DNA of 63,344 nucleotides, counting the filler, from Collodictyon triciliatum (taxonomy: Eukaryota): NCBI GenBank assembly GCA_043381765.1. It is 7 parts of 7 records of this genome, joined end to end, with 100 filler letters (N's around TTAATTAATTAA, not from the genome) between each part and the next. Parts side by side here need not be neighbours in the genome. Positions count along the whole stretch, not along the records: positions 45,314 to 54,280 come from JBHJMP010003215.1; positions 54,381 to 63,344 come from JBHJMP010003216.1; 5 more parts are not named here. One strand, written 5' to 3'. The position numbers were made by a program, and so were the translations under genes. Every line of letters starts with the position of its first letter. Positions within the stretch are counted from its first letter, which is position 1. The notes beneath the pieces were generated by a model. The model searched no databases, was not told the origin of the DNA, and worked only from the letters and a program-made list of their open reading frames with translations. Below, piece by piece: positions 51,101 to 63,069 of the stretch.

Positions 51101-54100
51101 ATACTGAAGGAAAGAGTTGAGTCGAAGTCAAATTTTAATGCAAAAATTCTGCGAACAGACTTTTTGGACAAGTTTTCGAGGAGATGGTTCGAACGCGAAA
51201 GAGAAAAGCTTGAAAATAATTTGTCATTGAAACAAAAAATGCCAGAGGATTTGGATAGCCTTTTGGGAAGAAAATGCAAAAAAATTGCAAAGTTGATGCA
51301 CGAAATAGAACGAAAACCTTCCCTTCAATATTGCTACGTCGAAGGTGAATTACCAACTAACCCACAATACGGAGAATTTTTCAATCCAAATCATGGCCAT
51401 ACCCTCGATGATGGGAAAACGCCTTCTTATTCCATATTTGTGCTGCGATGTGCACCCATTAAGAAATCTAGTGCCACGACGTATGAGTTCTTCCACAAAT
51501 CGCTCTACGAATTCTTTGCTGCTGAGTACATCAAAGATGAAATCAATAGTGTCGATGCGGGAAATGAAGCTTCTGTCCAACCATCAACTGAAGCTCAAAA
51601 TGTTGCAACTTTCTCTGAATCCGCGAATTCTATGCCTGAAAAATCTGATGCGAAATCACCAAGTTTCAAGCTTTTCAATGCTGTTCATTCTGTGATGAAA
51701 TCGAAAGTGAAGACGAATGTTCTGGATAAAAAGCTTGAGCCTGCCATTCTGCTCAACCTGAGTGAAAAAGTGAACAAAGACAGTGCCTACAAAGATAATC
51801 TCTTTTCAATCATTGAGCAGTCCAAGGCAGATGCAAGCAAAGCGCAAGCTGCGTCGAATGCCATCACAATTCTGAACTATGCTGACGTTTCATTCAGTGG
51901 CGTGGATTTCAGAGGGATTCAAATTCCAAATGCCGACATGTCACAGTCTGTTGCTGATGGTGCTGACTTCACAGGCGCCAACTTGGAGGGTGTTTTGTTC
52001 TATAATGCGTGCATTTCAAACTGTGTTTTTGACAATGCGATTATGAAAGGCGTTAATTTTGGTCGCTTGCCTTTGTTTTTGGGTCATACAAAAGCTATCA
52101 ATAGTGTTTGCAGTATTCAAGGACCGAATGGTGAAAACTGGTTGGCTTCTGGAAGTTATGATAAAACAATACGTATTTGGGATGTAGCCACAGGGAACCA
52201 AATCAAAACATTAGAAGGGCACACAGAGCCAGTCAATAGTGTTTGCAGTGTTCAAGGACCAAATGGTGAAAAATGGCTGGCTTCTGGAAGTAGTTATAAT
52301 ACAATATGTATTTGGGATGTAGCCACAGGAAACCAAATCAAAACATTAAAAGGTCATACAAGCGGTGTCAATAGTGTTTGCAGTATTCAAGGACCGAATG
52401 GTGAAAACTGGTTGGCTTCTGGAAGTAGTGGAGATGAAACAATACGTATTTGGGATGTAGCCACAGGAAACCAAATCAAAACATTAGAAGGTCATACATG
52501 GTCTGTCAATAGTGTTTGCAGTATTCAAGGACCGAATGGTGAAAAGTGGCTGGCTTCTGGAAGTGGTGATAAAACAATACGTATTTGGGATGTAGCCTCA
52601 GGAAACCAAATCAAAACATTAGAAGGACATACAGGAGCTGTCAATAGTGTTTGCGGCATTCAAGGGCCGAATGGCGAAAAGTGGCTGGCTTCTGGAAGTT
52701 GGGATAAAACAATACGTATTTGGGATGTAGCCACAGGAAACCAAATCAAAACATTAGAAGGTCATACAAGTGTTGTCAATAGTGTTTGCAGTATTCAAGG
52801 ACCGAATGGTGAAAGTTGGTTGGCTTCTGGAATTTGGGATAGCACGATACGTATTTGGGATGTAGCCACAGGAAACCAAGTCAAAACATTAGGAGGTCAT
52901 ACAAGAAGTGTCTATGGTGTTTGCAGCATTCAAGGACCGAATGGTGAAAAGTGGCTGGCTTCTGGAAGTGGTGATGAAACAATACGCATTTGGAATGTAG
53001 ACACAGGAAACCAAATACACAGCCTGAAAAAATCAGAAGCGACGTACAATGAAAAGAGCCAATTGGTCATGAATGATAAACCAGAAGTCATCGCAGTATT
53101 CAATAGTACATGTGATGCGATGAATGTGATTGATACGAGCAGAATAATGAACGTGAGAACTGTTCGGATTATCGGTCCAAGAACACTGGAAGCTGCGAAT
53201 ACTCGTATCAACAGAGCTGAATTGGGTGTAATGAACAAGAAACTATTCCTGCAAGAAGGTGCTGCTTCCTTTGATGCGGACTTTGTTGCATATTGTGAGC
53301 AGGGAAAGTTCACCACGTCCCAGGCTGAAATGATGGCTGAATGCTATATTAATGGATGGAGTGTTGAAAAGGACATCGAGAAAGCTATCGAGTGGCTAAG
53401 AAAGGCTGAAAATTTTGATAAATTGAGGCAATTCGCACAACAATGCTCAAAGAAGGCATTCAATGTTTTGAAAGAAATGGCTGAAATGAAATATGAATAT
53501 GGCGGATACATATATACACAGGCTGTCTCTATTGTTGCTGAATGCTATGAGAATGGATGGGGCGTTGAGAAGGATACCGAGAAAGCTATCGAGTGGCTTG
53601 GAACTGCTGAAAATTTTGACAAATTGAAGCAACTCGCACAACAAGACTCAAAGGAGGCATTCAGCGTTTTGAAAGAAATGGCTGAAATGAAGAATAAATA
53701 TCGCGGATACAAATATCCACAGGCCGTTTCTATTGTTGCTGAATGCTATGAGAATGGATGGGGCGTTGAGAAGGACACCGAGAAAGCTATCGAGTGGCTA
53801 AGAAAGGCTGAAAGCTTTGACAAATTGAAGCAACTTGCACAACAAGGCTCAAAGGAGGCATTCAATGTTTTGAAAGAAATGGGTGAAATGAAAACATGGG
53901 ATGAAAAATACAAATATCCACAGGCTATTTCTATTGTTGCTGAATGCTACGAGAATGGATGGGGCGTTGAGAAGGACATCGAGAAAGCTGCTGAATGGAA
54001 TCTATTGGCAATAAAAGCAGCTGAAAACTTTGACAAACTGAAGGAACTCGCACAACAAGGCTCAAAGGAGGCATTCAATGTTTTGAAAGAAATGGGTGAA

Positions 54101-54280
54101 ATCGTAGACGAGGATTATGGTGAATACAAATATCCACAGGCTGTTTCTATTGTTGCTGAATGCTATGAGAATGGATGGGGTGTTGAGAAGGACATCGAGA
54201 AAGCTGCTGAATGGAATCTATTGGCAATAAAAGCAGCTGAAAACTTTGACAAACTGAAGGAACTCGCACAACAAGGCTCA
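48156..54280 (+). CDS. NLR-like STAND NTPase: leader ending LRGG, helical region, NACHT, pentapeptide repeats, 7 WD40 repeats, Sel1-like repeats; 3' truncated, upstream exons likely
   Basis: Uninterrupted >2000-codon frame opening at candidate acceptor TTCAG (48155); Walker A GDSGSGKS (50495-50518), Walker B FVFFLDGYDE, TPFM, YEFFHKSLYEFFAA, pentapeptide ADFTGANLEG, WD40 52082-53020, SLR-like AECYENGWGVEKD. Confidence 0.92.
52082..53020 (+). repeat. Seven near-identical 135-bp WD40-coding tandem repeats
   Basis: Unit GHTxxVNSVCSIQGPNGExWLASGSxDxTIRIWDVATGNQIKTLE (45 aa; one 46-aa copy). Confidence 0.95.
53336..54280 (+). repeat. At least five near-identical 201/216-bp Sel1-like-coding tandem repeats
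   Basis: GCTGAATGC anchor at 53336, 53537, 53738, 53939 and 54155; the contig breaks inside the array. Confidence 0.9.
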
Positions 54281-54380
54281 NNNNNNNNNNNNNNNNNNNN
54301 NNNNNNNNNNNNNNNNNNNNNNNNTTAATTAATTAANNNNNNNNNNNNNNNNNNNNNNNNNNNNNNNNNNNNNNNNNNNN
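54281..54380. other. Artificial contig spacer
   Basis: N44-TTAATTAATTAA-N44. Confidence 0.98.
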
Positions 54381-55007
54381 TTTATTTTGTTTTATTTTGT
54401 TTTATTTTGTTTTATTTTGTTTTATTTTGTTTTATTTTGTTTTATTTTGTTTTATTTTGTTTTATTTTGTTTTATTTTGTTTTATTTAGTTTTGTTTTGT
54501 TTTATTTTGTTTTATTTTGTTTTTTTTAGTTTTGTTTTGCGTCGTTGGGATACGCATTCGTTGCAGATGCGTGACGTCACAGATTGCATCCTGTGACGGA
54601 GCTATTTCTAGTTCATGATGCCAAATTTGCACCAGTTCACGATGTTGGTTACGAATTTTTCTGAATCGGCAAGATTCACGGAATAACCGCGATAAAAAAA
54701 CCCCGATCAGATTAGACCAGATCAAATCAGATCCAATCAGATCCGATCCGATCCGGCCTACAGCGAAGTGGAGGAATCTCCAGACACAATCGTCACAAAC
54801 ACCAAACGCAAATACTTTCCGACTGAACAGAGAGCGGCTAACTGTCTCCTACGCAGTATTTTCGGCAATGAAGCCCAATAACCCTGCACAATTAGAAAGC
54901 TTACGAGGGCCACCGCGCTCTTTGACCTTTTGCCTGTGTGAAAAGCATATGATCACCAAATAAACCCTTTTCCTTTTTTTTTATTTGCAACCGCGATGCA
55001 CAGGACA

Positions 55008-58000
55008 ATGGTCCATTCAGCCGTGTCGTATGCCGCTGCCAAAGTGCGCGAGTCGAGAAACAATCGCCAGGAGACGATTCTTCGACTATTGATCCTCTCG
55101 CTAATCTGCATCATCGGTCTGCTCTGCTTTTTCCATATTATCAACAAAATAGAAAAAAAAAACTAAACTCTTTTACATGATCGACTTGGCCCAGCCTTTT
55201 CTACACGCCTCTTCTCTGTGCTCCGTTACGAAAGCGTCATCCACGAATTCGACCCGTACTTCAACTTCCGCTCCACAAAGTACCTTGTTGAAAACGGCTT
55301 CTACAACTTCCTCAACTGGTTCGACTCGGAGTCGTGGTACCCGCTGGGAAGAATCGTCGGAGGCACCGTCTATCCCGGTTCCTTTTTCACTCATCGCAGC
55401 GCTCATTTGTCGAATACCCTTCCTGTCTCCCAAAGATGTTCTGAGCCATAGCCAACTGTAGGGCTCATGTGGACCGGAGCTTTTCTTCACAGCTTCTTTG
55501 ACGTCATCCACGTTCCCATCGACATCCGCAACATCTGCGTCTTCATCTCCCCGTTCTTTTCGTCTAATACAGTCTGCGTCGCATTCATAGAATCGACTTT
55601 GCGTCGCCACATGCTAGAATTCTTATGACTACATTCTCATGTTCGAGATATACAACACTGGTAAGAACTGATTATTTATTTATTTTTCCTATTACACACT
55701 CTATATCAGGCTCTCTGTGCGTACTACATAACCAAGGAAGTCCGCTCCACATCTGCTGGTCTGCTTGCTGCTGCATTCATTGCCGTTGTCCCGGGTGAGT
55801 TTCCTATTTGTATTTTTTACTAATTAGTCAAGGTTGTACAATTACAATGTCCCCATGAAAGTATAATAAAAAAAAAGTATCACCCCAGGTTACATCTCGC
55901 GTTCTGTCGCAGGCTCATTTGATAATGAGGGAGTTGCGATCTTTGCGCTGATGCTTACTTATGCTTTGTGGTGTGTTTTTCGCTCCTCATGTATATTACA
56001 TTGTGTATTTATATTGTATGCACATGAGTAGAGCCAAAAAAATGTGCGAGGATGCCTTTCTCACCCAAATAATACATAGGGTTAAATCAGTGAAGACGGG
56101 ATCATTGTACTATTCCGCCTTGACAGCGTTGGCATATTTTTACATGGTAAGTTATACGCGGTATAAAATTTTATAACGCACTGTATAAAGTACCCCTATG
56201 AAAATGTCTAGTCCCTTGGTTAAACTCAGACACATTAATATGATCGCTACAGGTATCTGCTTGGGGAGGATATGTCTTTATAATCAATCTCATTCCCCTC
56301 TACGTCTTTGTTATGTTGCTGTGAGTTTTTCCTCGTCACTCTTTTCTCTTTTCCCACTAATTGATGAAGTTCATTTTTGCAAAGAAATTTTTACCGCACA
56401 GTGCAATTCATGCTTAGGTTTTTTTAGTATGATTTTTGGAATCAGTCGTATATGATTACATTCGGTCATAACCCGAGTAAAAACATCTCACAGATCTGGG
56501 CGCTACTCTCATCGCCTTTACATAGCTTACTGCACGTTTTACATCCTCGGAACACTCTTGTCTATGCAGGCATGCGGACTCTATTTTCGTTATTATATTT
56601 ACGTGATTGATCGTCATTTAATTTGCCTATGAATATTGAGGGGTTTGATCAAGTTTCAATATTAATTCTGCTCAAATCCAACGGTCGGACGGTTTAGATT
56701 ACTTTTGTTGGTTTCCAACCCGTTCAGTCATCTGAGCATATGGCAGCCCTTGGAATTTTTGGTCTCTTGCAGGTACATGTTGCTCTATCATGAGCATATT
56801 TCATTTGTTCTTTCTACCTGCACATACCATTAGACAAGATTAAGTGATTTTCTTTTAGGTTCAATTTGCTGTAAAACGTATAATCCTCGCACACGTTTCT
56901 CTAAGAATTTTTTTTCGGTAGATATTCTGCTTCATCAATTGGGTCAAGTCCCTACTGTTAGAGGCGCACTTCAAGGTTTTTTACCAAACCATTCTTTTAG
57001 TGTTTGGAAGCTCAGTGGGCTTACTCATACTAGTTGGTCTTGGAACTGGATGTATCCTAGATAAAGTTTTTGTATTCAGAGGACTTTAATAGATGAATAT
57101 GTTTTTAGTTCAAAGTTTTGTTGCATACACACTCGATTTTTTCATTCTATTTAAAAAAATAATTGAGCTATGCGATATTTGCTTCATGATCTTTAATGTT
57201 CTAAAGACATCACCCCCTGGACTGGTCGCTTCTATAATCTTCTGGACCCAACATACGCCAAAGAGCACATTCCTATCATAGCGTCTGTTTCAGAGCATCA
57301 ACCCACTACATGGTATATTCCCACCCGTCAAATATATTTTAGAATTTTTCGAATGCTGACACTTACATGAATTGCTACATCTTTCTCAAATAAGGGCGTC
57401 ATTCTTCTTTGACCTGCATGTCCTGATGTTCTTCTTCCCTGTCGGTCTCTATTTCTGCTTCCGCGACCTTACAGATGGCAGTATCTTTTTGATCTGCTAC
57501 GCCGTAACGTCAGTTTATTTCGCGGTATTCTTTCCTTACGATTTGAAGCGTCATTCTTGCCCTCCATATCTTCTAAGTGCCCATGCAGCCAACTTCTGCA
57601 ACATTAATCAGGGTATATATGTACCTTACATGCTCAAACGATTGGATATTTGCATACAGGGTGTAATGGTTCGTTTGATGCTTGTTTTGGCACCCATAGC
57701 TTGTGTCATTGCTGCCATCGGGGCATCTGCCACACTGGAAAAGTATACCAAAATTGTTAAGATATTGGAGAAGATGAAAATGAACGATATGCTTCAAATT
57801 TTTCTTTAAATCCCAGCCGTGATTTCATTATATTTCTCTAACATTCTCGTAGGTATTTTTCGTACTTGCGCACCAATTTCACTCGAAAGGAGCGAGAGTT
57901 CCTACTCCCACTCCACCGAGAGATTGCTTTCTTTGTTATAAGTGGAATTACGGTGATGTTTGTGTCGTACGGAATACACAGCACTTGGGTAATTCCTATG

Positions 58001-59344
58001 CATCATATTCCCCTTGCTGTTTTATTCAGTAACGATTGTCTAATCAGCATATTGTCGACATTCTACTTGTATATTTATTTTATTTTATTCGCTCGTCCCA
58101 TTCTCTTCTGTGCTATTCCATTGTCATAAATTTAGCACCATTGAAAACATTTCTTAGGTGACGTCAGAGGCATATTCGTCCCCTTCCATCGTGTTGGCTG
58201 CTCGCCAGGGTGATGGTTCACGCTTAATATTTGACGACTTTCGTGAGTCATACTACTGGCTGCGACACAACACGGCAACCGATGCCCGTGTCATGTCGTG
58301 GTGGGACTATGGATACCAGCTATCCGCCATGGCCAATCGAACTATCCTCGTTGATAATAATACATGGAATAACAGCCACATAGCCCAGGTTGGAAAGGCA
58401 TTTGCCTCTTCAGAGCCAGAGGCATACAAGATATGCAAGTCTCTCGACGTCAACTACGTTTTGATTCTATTTGGCGGTCTGTCGGGATACTCCTCCGATG
58501 ATATTAACAAGTTTCTTTGGATGGTGCGCGAATATACAAACTTATGCGTGCAATAAATAAGAAGCCTCGGACTTGAATTTTCTTTTTTTTTCTTTTTTCT
58601 TTTTCTTCTTTTTCTTTTTCTTTTTCTTTTTCTTTTTCTTTTTCTTTTTCTTTTTCTTTTTCTTTTTCTTTTTCTTTTTCTTTTTCTTTTTCTTTTTCTT
58701 CTCTTTCTTTTTCTTCTCTTTCTTTTTCTTCTCTTTCTTTTTTTCTAGTCTAGGAGGATTTTACATTTAGTGAGCTGACTTACTTAATTACCTCCCTTAT
58801 AACTGTAGGTTAGAATTGCTGGAAGCACGGACCCGAACATCAAAGAAAACGATTACTTCTCAAAGCAGGGTGAATACAGGATGGACAAAGTACGATATTT
58901 GCACGATGTATTAACGGAGCATACTCATTTGTTTGAGCCACTGTTCTCACATCGCTTTGTTAGGGAGCCTCTACCACGATGCTCAACTCTTTGATGTACA
59001 AGCTGTCTTACTACCGTTTCGGAGAGGTCTACACTGACCATTGTACGTACCCTTCAATAGGATATATGCATGTGACTTTGACTCAAACTTACCGGTGAGC
59101 TCATTCCTCACCCCTAATACTCAACCGTTGCAGCTCGTCCATCTGGCTTCGACCGTGTTCGTCATGTGGAAATTGGGAAAAAGGATGTTCATCTCGAATA
59201 CTTTGAGGAGGTATATCTGTGGACTATTCCTCTCTGGTGCGGGTGAACAGTCCACTTACCATCTGCACACCCTCTTAGGTCTTTACGTCAGAGCACTGGC
59301 TAGTCCGCATCTACCGTGTCAAGGAGCCGGTCAACAGAGCCTAA
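55008..59344 (+). CDS. STT3: Oligosaccharyltransferase catalytic subunit STT3 (spliced)
   Basis: [100 protein letters not shown]. Confidence 0.97.
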
Positions 59345-60514
59345 AAGTGGCCTCCCATACTTTTGTCGCCACCGCCGTGGGTTCGTGCGTTTTTTGCCGA
59401 ATAGCTTGCGGGCCTTATTTGCCTCGTCTCTCTAGTTTGGTCCGATTCGTGCAACCTGGTTGGATAAACGGAAAACAAATAAGCAGTATGAGACATGTTT
59501 GGTGAGTTCATACCGGCCATGTCTGTTATGGATGCATGGTCACGTGGGGAATTTCATGCTTGGCTGCAAACACTGCCTCTCTAATTAACGCATTATATCA
59601 TTTTTTTACTTCTTCGTTCTTTTAAATGTGGATATAATCTATCGATTAGAATTTTCTTCATTTTCTTTTTCTTTTCTTTTTTAAACTCCGATAATACGCG
59701 ATGAATCACACAGATTTCCAAGTTGAAGTCTTTCTTTTTTGTTTGCTCCCTATGTCTTTCGTTCAAATCAGATGTTGTCCACTCACGCCCGTGCCTTTGG
59801 AGGCTGCTGGATGCATCTGGGATGCGATGTTTGTCATTCAAGAACATAGGTTTTGTCATCATTAAAATATACCCAAGACGAGTGGTGTCATCGCGTACCG
59901 CTGCCGTCTGCGATGAACTTTGGATGAAAGCCTGTCTCTCTGGTAATGTCGCGAGTCCACTTGTGGCGACCAACCGTCGGGTTTGTTTGCGTTGCTGTCT
60001 GTGGCACATGCACACAACCCTATCGCACAGCAGCCCTGCTAGCATATTCAGGCCCTTAGCCTTTGTGTCTGAGGACGGTTTCGTATCACTAGTGGCTCGG
60101 TTCAGAACAACGGCGGTGCAATCATCATAACCGGCAGGAGCAAGGCGTTTGAAAACACTTTCTCTTGGTGGGCGAGAAGCACATATCCCATGTGCCAAAG
60201 ACTGATACATCTATGTGTATAATCGTATAGCATTCGCTCTTGCTGCTGGCGACGCCAAAGAAAACCACTATCCCTCTCCTTTTTCGTCAAGGTGGTGGAT
60301 ATTTTTTTTTTTTTTTGGCATTCAATATGGTTTTCTTCTTGTGGGAAGAGAGGAACAGCGCTAGTCTCTCCGTCTGGAGGAGGGTTGGTTTATTTCTTAT
60401 TTGGTCATCGAGGAGACAGGCTCTAGACCCGCACAAGCGGTTAGCACGAAGCCAAAAAATAACCAGGGGAGTTATGGACAAAATTCAAACCTGGAGGCTT
60501 CGTGGTAACGGATG

Positions 60515-62870
60515 TTACTTTCCTTCCATGGGGAGCCTATTTGGAGCCACGTTTCCTAGAGTATGGTCGATTTTCTCGACAGGATATGGCAATCTTTGGG
60601 AGCATTTCGAAGATGTGGATGACATCACAAGTGACTCGCTTCCTTGTGCTGGGTTGTAATCAAGTTGCTCCAGCAAATGCTCGACATCTTGTGCACAATT
60701 ATGAATACTGGAGATGGTGCAGAGCTCGTTTGAGCTTTTGAATGCGCTGATGTTTGCTGTGTTGTGAGCTTGTGGTTTTGGTGTGTAGCCAACAGTGTCG
60801 GGTGAATATGCAGGACTGGCCTCTTGAGTGTACAGTTCTGGGGCGCATATGCCAAAGAGGGGTGGCTCTGCAAAGACAGACTCAATCTCTGTTTCCAAGT
60901 CATCCTCCAAGATACCAATACCGTGCGGTTTAATTGCTGGCGGGCTCGGCGAATCTGTAATCTCGACATGCTTACTAAATGAATGTCCTGTGTGTTCTGC
61001 TGGTCGACTTTGAAAGGAAGGGGATACTTGCTGTCTGTATGTCTCTAGGTACTCTGGGCAAGGGGCTGACACATGAGATGATAATTTCGAGTCGATGCCA
61101 AGCGTCTCTGTTATTGTGATTGGACCTTCATCCACTTGGCCTGATATGATTTTGTTTGGTGATCTGCCTTCACTGTCGCGAATCTCTTGTATATCTCTGA
61201 ATGGCGCTGGAATCGCTGCTGTTGAGCCAACAGGGTTGCTTTTGAGCACTGTAAAGTCCTTTGAGTTTTCAAGGAGCTCTGCAAGAAAGTCCTCAAATTC
61301 TTGCAGCTGGCTGTCCTGCGATTCGTAGCATGTGCCTTGAGGATGGTGAGTTGTTTTTGACAGCCTCTCTTTCGAAACCATTAAAGAGTCATTCGAAAAG
61401 TCTAATGAGCACAAGATAATCAATTTATCGTTTAAATGTAAAACCAAGTAGATAAAAATTAATTTAATGATTATAAAAAGAATAAATTTTAAAGGTGGGG
61501 GATTCTGGTATGTGCAGCCCAACAAAAAGAAAATTGACTTGATTATGAATTACTCTTCAAATCTGTGAAATAAAACTATTGGTAGACCTTTTTGCTGACC
61601 TGTTGCGAGCTCGCTGATGGCATGTAAAGCATAATCGGGTACGCTGCAGGTACCTTGCCTCTGGTTGATATTGGCAAAGTCGTTTGTAACCGCACGAGAA
61701 TAATTAATGTCTTGTGTTTGAGCATGTGGTGTATGGTAGGCATCAGAAGCTGAGTTTTCACATTCCGGTTGAATAGGGAAGTGTGAACGATAAGAAGGAT
61801 TGTGTTCATGCCAGAATATTCGAGAGACATTCGCAGCTTCGGGATTTGTATTATTCGAGTCTGAACCTTCTCCGAGCTTCCTTTTCCTTGCGCGCAGATA
61901 GTCCAACCCGGCTGCATCTGATTAACAAGAAGGAGCAGCGAAAGAAAAAAAAAACCATTTTATTGCCATGTCGCATGAGTGAGTGCGAGGCATGAATGAA
62001 AAAAGAAAAAAAAGAGAGACAGTTTGTGTTGGGGATAGAAGAAAAATAATTCAAGAGAGGAGAAGAAGAAAGGGAAGAGTTGACCGCGTATTTTATGGCT
62101 AATTATGCATGCCAAAGACATGACACAAGTGTAGGACACGTACCTGGAAGGAGCAGAAGACGCAGGAAGTGGAGAATGCGGTCGACTCTGCGGTTGGTGT
62201 CAGCGTGGCGGCGTCTCCCTTCGTGGATGTCATCTGCAACGGCCTGAGCGAGCTGCCGAGTCGCACAGCTTTCCTGTCGCAGACGCACAAGCTCCTGGGT
62301 GAGGATGTCGCGGTCTCTACGCAGGCAGGCGATTTCGTCTGTGGGGCCGAAGTTTCCTATTTCCACGGGCCGCTGGGCTGCTGCGTCGGTTGGCATGGGC
62401 ATGGGCACTGACATGGACATTGACAGCTGAGTCTGGGCCTGGGTGGGATGCGGCCTGCGACGGGCAATGGCGCCAAGCAGGTCTGGGCGGCTGCGCACAA
62501 AGGCCGGGTGTGTGAATTCCCAGCGGTCCGGGTCGCGCTTGTGGAAGCCGTATGTGTTGAGCTGCCGCACAAAGGACGAGAAGTTGCTGTGCTTGAAGAA
62601 CTTTGGCAGTACATCGCGCGAAAACTCCAGCGGCTGATGCACGACAAAACTGTGCCCTGTGGCGTCCCACGAGACGGTCTCGCCCGCGGCATTCACAATC
62701 CCGTAGAGTTTGCTCACAAACGGCGCAATCGACGTCTCCTTCCATATCCGCCCCGAAACCGCCCCTCTTTGCTCGCCTTTCGCTCGTGTCTCTGTTGCGC
62801 AGTCGTCTCTCGTGTCGCGTGGTTGGGCCGTTGCGCGTCCTGTGCTCCACGCTAGTGGGTCTGACTGCAT
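60515..62870 (-). CDS. Heat shock transcription factor (3 exons)
   Basis: DBD APFVSKLY..SWDATGHSFVV..LPKFFKHSNFSSFVRQLNTYGFHK..WEFTHPAF; HR-A/B heptads; NLS-like RARKRKL in exon 2; acidic S/P-rich tail. Confidence 0.92.
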
Positions 62871-62934
62871 CGCTCTGTTCTCTTTATTAGTAATGCCTCT
62901 TGTTTGTTTCTGATACCTCTCCTCTCTCTCTCTC

Positions 62935-63027
62935 TCTCCTCTGTTCTCTTCTGTTCTCTTCTGTTCTCTTCTGTTCTCTTCTGTTCTCTTCTGTTCTCTT
63001 CTGTTCTCTTCTGTTCTCTTCTGTTCT
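62935..63027. repeat. Tandem repeat (CTGTTCTCTT)n upstream of HSF
   Basis: About nine copies of a 10-mer. Confidence 0.9.
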
Positions 63028-63069
63028 TGTCATCATTTATATATTAATATTAATATATAAATGATGACA
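63028..63069. mobile_element. Perfect 42-bp palindrome, second copy of the TG..CA mini-element
   Basis: TGTCATCATTTATATATTAAT-ATTAATATATAAATGATGACA; same termini as 29453-29498. Confidence 0.65.

Noticed and set aside
52082-54280. Regularly spaced repeats that could be taken for a CRISPR array or DGR template/variable pair
   Set aside because: Units are in-frame protein repeats without unique spacers, variation is not adenine-specific, and no cas or reverse transcriptase gene is present
54700-54756. (AGATC)-like pentamer run with CCAAT upstream of STT3
   Set aside because: Short degenerate microsatellite with no evidence of regulatory function
59593-60210. 205-aa minus-strand ORF between STT3 and HSF
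   Set aside because: No recognisable domain, overlapping antisense ORFs of similar quality, probably UTR or intergenic
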